Shown here: positions 55,023-64,000 of the stretch, piece after piece
Layout: each line of letters begins with the position of its first letter
Numbering within the stretch: the stretch's first letter is position 1
Assembly (NCBI GenBank): GCA_017634175.1
Contig: JAGBNY010000018.1
Location: 2,283 to 66,282, forward strand
DNA from: Lachnospiraceae bacterium
Lineage (GTDB): Bacteria > Bacillota > Clostridia > Lachnospirales > Lachnospiraceae
Reading direction: 5' to 3'
Length of the DNA stretch: 64,000 nucleotides
Notes under the pieces: model-generated
The model's database searches: none
The model's input: the letters and a program-made list of their open reading frames with translations, nothing else
What the model was told of the DNA's origin: nothing
Translations under genes and position numbers: made by a program

Positions 55023-55061
55023 TTGCTATTCACAGTCAGCTTTTTTGAACGTGAATAGCAA
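55023..55061. repeat. REP-like palindromic intergenic repeat (may also act as a terminator)
   Basis: ttgctattcac-agtcagcttttttgaac-gtgaatagcaa; 55027-55051 is 23/25 identical to 62037-62061; arms resemble the MITE termini. Confidence 0.7.
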
Positions 55062-55102
55062 CAAAAAGTTTCCTAAAAAACTAATATTAATTTAAAAAAG
55101 TC

Positions 55103-55131
55103 TTGATTTTTTAATATTAGTGCTTTATAAT
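55103..55131 (+). promoter_or_regulatory. Sigma-A promoter of tRNA-Thr
   Basis: TTGATT, 17 nt spacer, TATAAT. Confidence 0.7.
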
Positions 55132-55145
55132 ACTTACTTGTGATT

Positions 55146-55218
<73 letters not shown>

Positions 55219-55226
55219 CGAATAAG

Positions 55227-55265
55227 GGACCTCGTAAGACAGATTTGTTTTACGAGGTCTTTTTT
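55227..55265 (+). terminator. Intrinsic terminator after tRNA-Thr
   Basis: gacctcgtaagaca-gatt-tgttttacgaggtc followed by a T run. Confidence 0.8.
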
Positions 55266-55318
55266 GAAATATTCTAGCTTGACCTATTCTATCTTTTAAC
55301 GCTTTGTGAGGTTTTTTG

Positions 55319-56879
<1,561 letters not shown>

Positions 56880-56931
56880 TATCGTAAAGGTTTCCAGAGC
56901 GATTTTCTTAGATCATTCGGAATACATTCAT

Positions 56932-56968
56932 AAAAAAGCCCTGAAGGTTAGATCCTTCAGGGCTTTTT
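56932..56968. terminator. Bidirectional intrinsic terminator
   Basis: aaaaagccctgaagg-ttagat-ccttcagggcttttt between the convergent ilvC and LRR genes. Confidence 0.88.
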
Positions 56969-57060
56969 GTGCGATAAGGCTTTCAAGCGGCTGCGGGAAA
57001 AGCACGAGAGGACATTTGGAAGCCAAGTGCATCGAGCAGGGATTCAATCCCCTTATTGAT

Positions 57061-60000
57061 TTATCTTTTTATTGTGAGATTTCCAGAATAATTATTGAGT
57101 CCCTGTATAGTCACTCCGTTTTGAGAAACGGCGAATATACGATAGTCTCCCCTGGAATTCCTTCGGTTCTGCTTCATACGAATCTTTTTGCCGGTCGAAC
57201 TATTGACATATTTAAGGCCATTAATGACAATATTTCCATTCTTTGCCTTGATTCGGCCATGACGGATGTTCTTGCCGGAAGAAATATCCGCAGGCTCTAT
57301 CTCAAAGAAAAACTTCATATTCTTGAACGTAGACTTTGCAAGCTCTCCTTCTGCCTTTGGAAAGACTAGGCTGAAATAAGGCCTTCTCTTAGCGTCAGTA
57401 CCATAATACACGTTTTTATTGTTATGGAACTTGACCTTATAATTGTACATATCAATTCCATCAGCAGATACAAGGATATTCATATCCTTATTGTATTTTT
57501 TAGAAGATTTTTTGCTGCCGACATTCACATGCGGTCTGCCATCATAAGAGACAGTCGGTGTATAGAAGACCTCATAACGTACCCCGGATACTGAAACGGT
57601 GTACTTAGTATAGTTCTTGTAGGGGTCGACAGCTCCATTGCCGCTCGCTGTGTTGCTGCTTGCAGAGTTACCGCTTGTGGAATTTCCGCTCGCAGAGTTA
57701 TTGCTGGGACTCTTTGTGTCATTGTCTTTTTCTTTGTCGGATGTCTTATCCTTATCCGAAGTATCCTCTTTTGGAGTCTCAGGCTCTTCTGGAGCAGGCT
57801 TTGGGTCGCTTTCATCCTTTGGCTCATACTTATTGGCAGAAGGACTTGGGTTCACTATTGGTGGATCCGGATCTGCCCAAGGAGTCGTATTATGAGAAGG
57901 AGAAGGCGGATTCGGGTCATCCAAGGGCGGATCTTCTGTTGGAGGATCTTCCTTTGGAGGAATCTCAGTTGGAGGGCTAGGATTCTTATCCGCCGGATCC
58001 GCGTCTGAAGAGGTATCCCGCTTAGCCCTGAAGGCGCAAGTTATCGTGTGGTCTCTTACCACGGGATCGAACACGTAATTAGCAGAGGGAGGCACTACGC
58101 TTATTCCATCCACGCTTACATAAGCAATCTGATAGCCCTCATTGGGAATAATCCTGAAAGACGGGGTATCATTATGCGTGATAACAAGGTTGCCGGATGG
58201 CACGATCCTGCCATTTGCGTCCTGTGCTTCAGCAATAATATGATGATTCACGTCCGGAGTGGTGCTGTCATAATGCCAAGCCACGTGGAATAGGGGCTCG
58301 TTATGATAGTCAATGGAGATAAGCTCGTAATCCTCCTGGCTCCCTTCATAATAGAGCATCTGGATTCCGTCATCGCCATTAAACGCCGCAAAATCGAAAT
58401 TTTTCACCGTATCAGGGAGCCTTAGCACCTGCATACTGGAGCAATTAGCTAAAGAATTCTTGGAAAGTGCAGTAATTCCCTTTGGCACAGTGAAGCTCTC
58501 AAGATAGGAGCAGCCATAAAAGGCACTTTCAGGTATAAGGGTAAGTTTTTCGGACTCAATATCCGCTTCACTCAAGGATATGCACTCCATAAATGAGCCT
58601 TTGCCGAGCCTTGCCACATTTGATGAGAGCGTGACTCGGGGCAGGCTCGCGCACTCTGCAAAGGCATAGTCCCCAATCTCTGTGAGGCCTGATGGCAGAG
58701 AAATGCTATTTAGCGCAGGGCAGGCAAAGAAGCAATACTCAGGAATCTCTTTAAGAGCCGATGGCAGGGTGACATCACTCAGCGCATTGCATTTCATGAA
58801 GGCATAGCGTCCGATCTTAGTCACGCTATTGGGAATCGAAAGTGCCATAAGGTTCTGGTTGGAAGCAAAGGCATAGTCTGAAATCGTAGTGACTTCTTCC
58901 GGAATACTGTATTCTTCAATCTGGCTGTCTGCGGGAAAAGCGTAGAGAGTGCTCATATCAGAGCTAAATAATACGCCGTCTTGAGTCACAAAATCATAAT
59001 TTCCGCTGCCTATTGAAAAACTCTTGATTTTATAATAAGTGTCGATGCTTTCCTTTGTATTTATTTTCTCTAGGGAAAGGGGAAGCTTTAAGTCCATCCC
59101 GCCTCTCGCGGTAGAGTTGATGGAGCTTAGGCAGAGCTCCTCTACGCTGTCTGGTATTTCCAACTCAGTAAGATTTACATCGAATGCGTTGTCGCCTATT
59201 TTCAATAGGCCATCAGGCATACTTAAACTGTCCAAAGAATGGGGTAAATATATGCCCGAACCTATCCTGTGCGAAAGATTCTGAAAGGCACTGTCGCCAA
59301 TCTCTTCAACACCGACAGGAAGCTCAAGGGACTCTAAGTCCGCTCCATAGAAGGCATAATCGTCTATGAGCTTAACGCTATCTGGAATCTCGACTGAAGT
59401 AATGCTGCTATAATAGAAAGCATGGTCAGGAATTACCTCGATAGAGTCCGGGATGACAACCCTGGTCAGTTCTTCGGTATAACTGAAACAATAAGGGTAG
59501 ATTTCTTTCACGGTAGCGGGAATCTTGTAAACTCCTGATCCATCTCCCGAGGCGGTGCTTATGCAGGAGAAGAGCTTGGTCTTGTCCTTATTTAAAACAG
59601 CCCCATTTTCAAAGATGAGGCTATCGTCTGAAGGAGAAGAAGCTCCTACAGGCTCACTGCTTACGAGGCCGATATCAGGAGTGGTATCAAAGTCAGCAAT
59701 AGAGTCTATAACAGGACTTTCAATGATGCCTGCGCCTTCAACACTCCCAGGGGAAACAGTGGCAGAAGGATCGGAAACGCTGGGGGGAGAAACTGTGTCA
59801 GGGCTCGATACACTATTGTTGCTAGGTTCTGAAAACTCAATGCGCTCTAACGTGCTGCATTTATTGAAAACACCATGTCCCAAGGTCTTTAGGTGAGATG
59901 GAATGGACAATTGGCTGATTGAAATGCAATCTTCAAAAGCATTGTCACTTATTGTCCGAAGAGCGTTGCTCATGCTGACGCTGGTGAGAGCGGAGCAGCC

Positions 60001-60996
60001 CGAAAAAGCGGACTCGCCAATAGACAGAATGGCATCGCCGGCGGCATCGAAGCTCTCTAAAGAAGAGCAGCCGCTGAAAGCCTCGTCCGCCACATAGGTC
60101 ATATTTTCAGGCATGACGAATTCCCTTATGCCGGTATTCCGAAAGGCTCCCCTTTCAATTTTCTCCATGGACTTAGTTTTTTGATCCGGGTGATTCTCCT
60201 GAAAAGTTACGGTACGAAGCATGGTACAGCCATCGAAAGCATATTCACCTATTGTGCTCATGGCAGGCCTCAGAGTCACGCTGGTCAACATTGTGCAATT
60301 TTGGAAGGCGAAAGGAGAGATCTCGGCCACAGTCTCTGGAAGATCGAATGACCCGTCAATTGTGGGGAAAGCGTAGATCAGCTTATGTTTGGAACTGTCC
60401 AATAGGGCCTTCCCATTATCCATGAACCATTCATTGTTCGAATCGACTGTTATGGACTCGATATTGTGGTTTCCCTCGAAGGTGTATTCATCGAGTGAAG
60501 TAAGGGACTCTGGAAATATCAAGGATTCAATCTTCAAGCCTGAAAAGGCCCTTGCGCCTATGGATCTGAGATTGCCCGGCAGCTTTAAGGCGACTTCCAC
60601 AGGCTCAATGGAGGAATCGGAAAAAGAAAAGGCATCATTGCCTATGCGGGTGAGCTTGGACGAAAGCCGAATCTCCTTTATATCCTGAAGATAGGGCTCC
60701 CAAGGAGCCATAGACCCATTCCTTGGATAATCATACATTTCCCCGCTCCCAGTTATCTCTAGTGTAAGGTCTCCCTCGGAGCCCCTTATTTCCCAATGCA
60801 GATTGCTCCCGCAATCTCCCCTATTATAGACACGGGAAACTATTGACTCCTCCTCATCCTCCCCAACCTCTAAGAGTTTGGTATAGACGGTATCTTTGGC
60901 ATAGACGCCGGCCATCGCTCCTTCCATGAAGACCATGGAAGTCATGATAATGACTAAAAACTTTGCGAGTCTGATTTTTTGTATATTTTTCCTCAT
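57061..60996 (-). CDS. BspA/TpLRR (LRR_5) surface protein with Pro-rich and SGN-repeat linkers
   Basis: Signal peptide (VYA); many LxxIxxxAFxxCxxL repeats; GDCGSNLHW cap; Pro-rich stalk; basic C-terminal domain; no LPxTG. Confidence 0.9.
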   Translation of the reverse strand: MRKNIQKIRLAKFLVIIMTSMVFMEGAMAGVYAKDTVYTKLLEVGEDEEESIVSRVYNRGDCGSNLHWEIRGSEGDLTLEITGSGEMYDYPRNGSMAPWEPYLQDIKEIRLSSKLTRIGNDAFSFSDSSIEPVEVALKLPGNLRSIGARAFSGLKIESLIFPESLTSLDEYTFEGNHNIESITVDSNNEWFMDNGKALLDSSKHKLIYAFPTIDGSFDLPETVAEISPFAFQNCTMLTSVTLRPAMSTIGEYAFDGCTMLRTVTFQENHPDQKTKSMEKIERGAFRNTGIREFVMPENMTYVADEAFSGCSSLESFDAAGDAILSIGESAFSGCSALTSVSMSNALRTISDNAFEDCISISQLSIPSHLKTLGHGVFNKCSTLERIEFSEPSNNSVSSPDTVSPPSVSDPSATVSPGSVEGAGIIESPVIDSIADFDTTPDIGLVSSEPVGASSPSDDSLIFENGAVLNKDKTKLFSCISTASGDGSGVYKIPATVKEIYPYCFSYTEELTRVVIPDSIEVIPDHAFYYSSITSVEIPDSVKLIDDYAFYGADLESLELPVGVEEIGDSAFQNLSHRIGSGIYLPHSLDSLSMPDGLLKIGDNAFDVNLTELEIPDSVEELCLSSINSTARGGMDLKLPLSLEKINTKESIDTYYKIKSFSIGSGNYDFVTQDGVLFSSDMSTLYAFPADSQIEEYSIPEEVTTISDYAFASNQNLMALSIPNSVTKIGRYAFMKCNALSDVTLPSALKEIPEYCFFACPALNSISLPSGLTEIGDYAFAECASLPRVTLSSNVARLGKGSFMECISLSEADIESEKLTLIPESAFYGCSYLESFTVPKGITALSKNSLANCSSMQVLRLPDTVKNFDFAAFNGDDGIQMLYYEGSQEDYELISIDYHNEPLFHVAWHYDSTTPDVNHHIIAEAQDANGRIVPSGNLVITHNDTPSFRIIPNEGYQIAYVSVDGISVVPPSANYVFDPVVRDHTITCAFRAKRDTSSDADPADKNPSPPTEIPPKEDPPTEDPPLDDPNPPSPSHNTTPWADPDPPIVNPSPSANKYEPKDESDPKPAPEEPETPKEDTSDKDKTSDKEKDNDTKSPSNNSASGNSTSGNSASSNTASGNGAVDPYKNYTKYTVSVSGVRYEVFYTPTVSYDGRPHVNVGSKKSSKKYNKDMNILVSADGIDMYNYKVKFHNNKNVYYGTDAKRRPYFSLVFPKAEGELAKSTFKNMKFFFEIEPADISSGKNIRHGRIKAKNGNIVINGLKYVNSSTGKKIRMKQNRRNSRGDYRIFAVSQNGVTIQGLNNYSGNLTIKR

Positions 60997-61045
60997 AAAG
61001 ATCGTTCCTCCGGTTTACAAGATTGCCTAAAATATATATCGGAAA

Positions 61046-62002
61046 CTATGGAGCGGGACTTAGACCGCTGTGGAGAGATTTGTTTTCGATCAAGCGGAAG
61101 AGCTGACGCAGGAAACGTTCCCTTTCAACATCCATAAAATAAAGCTTATTAATTAGAGCGAGCTCTTCTCGGTATCTGGATAGAGCTGCCTTTATTAGTT
61201 CTATCATGCTCGCGCTGCTCTCGATTGTATGCTCCCATGGGTTGACCCAGGTCCTATGGTTAAGGTTAAAAGGATCATCCATGGAGGGATATAGATTTTC
61301 TGAGCCGATTATTCCCGAATATACAGGGTATCCAAGGATAAGTTTCTCAATCCTGCGGATTAGTTTTTTCTTCAGGCCACTTTTATCCTCCAGGACCCAG
61401 GCCCAGAATTGCTCGGTTGAAAAGGCGTTTTGAAAAAGCAGGGAGGAGGCCTTCATGTCAGGATATACCTTATTTGCAGAAAATTTCAGCAGCTCAGCTA
61501 TGGGCAGGCTTTCTTTCATGGTGATTCGCACCACTTTATGCATTTTGAAATTATTGAGGCGGTGTCCCATGAAGCGCCTGCATAAAATGGAATCCAATTC
61601 GTTCTCCAGGGCAAAATGAAGGGAGAGTGTCTTCATTGCGTGCGTGGCTTCTGGGTCGCTCATCGCATAGACATAGGGGTGCACTGCGGAATCCAGCTCA
61701 TAATGCCCTAAAAAGCCTGCGGTAAAGGCGAGAAGCAGAGGAAAATCCGCAAGTTTTGGATTTTGGTATAAAAATCCAAGCATGGTCTTTAGCATAAGTC
61801 CCAAATCTTCATTATGCATGTAATTGGCTGGATTTCCAGCCTTCCTGATATAAGAGGGCAGATGGAAAAAGAATGGATCGGGGCCCTGCTGCCCAAGGGA
61901 ATAGGCTCTTCTATGCTGCTTGATAGCTGTTTTCAAGGGACTGGGCAAAAGGCCTTGATAAGCCTTGAACCCGAATATATAATGTGTCGTAAATCCCGGC
62001 AT
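61046..62002 (-). CDS. Zinc-dependent phospholipase C family protein
   Basis: MPGFTTHYIFG, GQQGPDPFF, GFLGHYELDSAVHPYV, HFALENELD. Confidence 0.82.
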   Translation of the reverse strand: MPGFTTHYIFGFKAYQGLLPSPLKTAIKQHRRAYSLGQQGPDPFFFHLPSYIRKAGNPANYMHNEDLGLMLKTMLGFLYQNPKLADFPLLLAFTAGFLGHYELDSAVHPYVYAMSDPEATHAMKTLSLHFALENELDSILCRRFMGHRLNNFKMHKVVRITMKESLPIAELLKFSANKVYPDMKASSLLFQNAFSTEQFWAWVLEDKSGLKKKLIRRIEKLILGYPVYSGIIGSENLYPSMDDPFNLNHRTWVNPWEHTIESSASMIELIKAALSRYREELALINKLYFMDVERERFLRQLFRLIENKSLHSGLSPAP

Positions 62003-62036
62003 GATGGAAACGCTCCAAAACTGTTTTTCTGTTACT

Positions 62037-62061
62037 TATTCACGGTCAGCTTTTTTGACCG
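62037..62061. repeat. Second copy of the REP-like repeat
   Basis: tattcacggtcagcttttttgaccg, 23/25 identical to 55027-55051. Confidence 0.65.
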
Positions 62062-62105
62062 CGGTAAGGATCGATATAATCTATTTTATATCAATTTCAC
62101 TATGG

Positions 62106-62134
62106 TTGACAAATACTTTGATAATTAATAGAAT
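62106..62134 (+). promoter_or_regulatory. Sigma-A promoter
   Basis: TTGACA, 17 nt spacer, TAGAAT. Confidence 0.75.
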
Positions 62135-62204
62135 ATCCGTTTAGGGGTCCTCATAGAAGGGTATCTACTAAATAATTATTTCCCTAAAAGACAGAAGCCA
62201 TAGG

Positions 62205-62927
62205 ATGCAGAGGAAAAAGATTCAGACAAGACATAGGAAGAAGCTCACAAAAAAACAGAGACGCAGGAGACAGAGGGCTTTATTTTTGCGTCTCCTGTTT
62301 TTTTTATTGCTTTGTTTAGGTCTATTTTTCATTTTCTTTGGCAAAAATAAGATCACATCGGGCAGCTCTGGAGCATCTTCCCAAAATTCTTTAGGTGCGG
62401 CACAGGAAGACAATTCAGATCTTGGGATTTCAATCGTACTTAATAGGGATGGAAAAATCGTCCAAACCGATAGAGAATTATTTGACAAAGCTGCTTACGA
62501 CTCTTCCGCCCTTGAAGCCATGGTCAATAGCGAGATAAAGGCTTATGCAGAAAAGACAGGCAGGGACAGCGCAGTTAAACTAAGGTCTTTAAGCGTCAAG
62601 AAGGGGATAGCGGAGCTCAGGCTTGAATTCGAGAAGGCGGAAGACTATGCCTCCTTTAACGGTACAGAATTTAAGTGGGGGAAGGTCCAGGATGTGCTTA
62701 AGACCAGGGATGACCTTAGCGTCACTGTTTCGTCCGTGGATGACGGCGTGATGCTGGATTTCGATGAGACTATGGCGCTGAAAGGTCAGGTGGTTATCAT
62801 GAACGAGGATCTGGACTTTGAGTGCCCTGGCAGGATAAAGTACGTGAGCAGGAATGTGGAGGCGGTGGAGAGAGACAGGGCGGTAGTCAATGGTAGCGAG
62901 AATACTGCAATAATAATATACGATTAA
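62205..62927 (+). CDS. Hypothetical membrane-anchored protein
   Basis: Very basic N-terminus, one TM helix, extracellular domain. Confidence 0.7.
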   Translation: MQRKKIQTRHRKKLTKKQRRRRQRALFLRLLFFLLLCLGLFFIFFGKNKITSGSSGASSQNSLGAAQEDNSDLGISIVLNRDGKIVQTDRELFDKAAYDSSALEAMVNSEIKAYAEKTGRDSAVKLRSLSVKKGIAELRLEFEKAEDYASFNGTEFKWGKVQDVLKTRDDLSVTVSSVDDGVMLDFDETMALKGQVVIMNEDLDFECPGRIKYVSRNVEAVERDRAVVNGSENTAIIIYD

Positions 62928-62941
62928 AAGGAGATAGAGCG

Positions 62942-64000
62942 ATGGAAAAGACAATGGAGAAGATCGTTACCCTTGCCAAGGGCAGGGGTTTCATTTACCC
63001 TGGATCCGAGATCTACGGAGGTCTGGCCAATACCTGGGACTATGGAAATCTGGGCGTAGAACTCAAGAATAATGTGAAGAAAGCCTGGTGGCAGCGCTTC
63101 GTGACGGGGAATCCATATAATGTAGGCGTGGATTGCGCGATCCTCATGAATACCCAGACTTATGTAGCGAGCGGCCACATCAGCAGCTTCTCAGATCCCT
63201 TGGTGGACTGCAAGGAGTGTCACGAGAGATTCAGGGCGGATAAGATCATAGAGGACTGGGCTCATGAGAATTCCTTTGAATTAGAGACTTCGGTTGACGG
63301 ATGGTCGAATGAAGAGATGATGTCTTTCATCAAGGAACACTCCATTCCCTGCCCAACTTGCGGAAAGCACAATTTTACGGACATTAGGCAGTTTAATCTG
63401 ATGTTCAAGACCTTTCAAGGGGTCACAGAGGATGCGAAGAATGTCGTCTATCTGCGGCCTGAGACGGCTCAGGGCATCTTTGTGAATTTCAAGAATGTAC
63501 AGAGGACATCCAGGAAGAAGATACCCTTTGGAATCGGTCAGATTGGGAAGTCTTTCAGGAATGAGATTACTCCGGGGAACTTTACTTTCCGCACCAGGGA
63601 ATTCGAGCAGATGGAACTGGAATTCTTCTGCGAGCCGGGGACAGATCTGAAATGGCATGAGTACTGGAAGGATTATTGCAGGCAGTTCCTCAGAGATCTG
63701 GGGCTTAAGGACGAGAATGTGAGGATGAGGGATCATGACCCGGAGGAGCTGGCCTTTTATTCCAATGCCACGACGGATATCGAATATCTGTTCCCGTTCG
63801 GGTGGGGAGAGCTGTGGGGGATAGCGGACAGGACTGATTACGACCTATCTCAGCATCAAAAGGTCTCAGGTGAGGACATGAGCTATTTTGATGACGTGAA
63901 GAATGAGAGATATCTGCCTTATGTGATAGAGCCCTCGCTTGGAGCTGACAGGGTCGTGCTGGCCTTCCTCTGCGAAGCCTATGATGAGGAGACCTTGGAA
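62942..64000 (+). CDS. glyQS: Glycine--tRNA ligase (homodimeric type), 3' end outside the window
   Basis: Translated by hand from ATG 62942: [27 protein letters not shown]..., [44 protein letters not shown]. Absent from the ORF track because it has no stop in the window. Confidence 0.96.
   Translation, partial: MEKTMEKIVTLAKGRGFIYPGSEIYGGLANTWDYGNLGVELKNNVKKAWWQRFVTGNPYNVGVDCAILMNTQTYVASGHISSFSDPLVDCKECHERFRADKIIEDWAHENSFELETSVDGWSNEEMMSFIKEHSIPCPTCGKHNFTDIRQFNLMFKTFQGVTEDAKNVVYLRPETAQGIFVNFKNVQRTSRKKIPFGIGQIGKSFRNEITPGNFTFRTREFEQMELEFFCEPGTDLKWHEYWKDYCRQFLRDLGLKDENVRMRDHDPEELAFYSNATTDIEYLFPFGWGELWGIADRTDYDLSQHQKVSGEDMSYFDDVKNERYLPYVIEPSLGADRVVLAFLCEAYDEETLE

Noticed and set aside
57016-57369. 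117-aa + strand ORF after ilvC
   Set aside because: It is antisense to the LRR gene's 3' end and lies downstream of a strong terminator.

Overview
A 64-kb, densely coding chromosomal segment, mostly on the + strand. Gene content and order suggest a Clostridia-class Firmicute, most likely Lachnospiraceae (inferred, not searched). In order, it holds: a Tad/Flp pilus locus whose first gene is cut by the left edge (two prepilin peptidases, TadZ/A/B/C, Flp pilin, three TadE-like minor pilins, an FHA membrane protein); rhomboid plus a flavodoxin-SCP2 fusion; a TPP riboswitch with thiT; efp; valS; FapA/DUF342; TPR and GT-C genes; a YhaO/YhaN-like nuclease-ATPase pair; argG/argC-GNAT-argB-argD; comEA-RR-HK-GerMN-comEC; holA; glyA; an ABC exporter; MBOAT/SGNH; a YafQ-type TA pair; an acyl-adenylate ligase-LuxE-LuxC cluster; tRNA-Thr(CGT); ilvN-ilvC; a BspA-like LRR surface protein; and the 5' part of glyQS. 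No transposase, integrase, phage gene or CRISPR-Cas is visible. Three things stand out. (1) A 194-bp non-autonomous element with 17-bp terminal inverted repeats, an exact 8-bp target duplication and three long hairpins sits in the glyA leader, with related short repeats elsewhere in the window. (2) There is a candidate Tad-pilus-based natural-competence system: a minor pilin with tandem basic His/Cys modules, comEA/comEC split by a WalR-like RR-HK-GerMN module, and a perfect WalR-type box upstream. (3) A luciferase-less LuxE/LuxC cluster lies next to an MBOAT/SGNH acylation pair. All protein calls come from motif recognition by eye; no searches were run.
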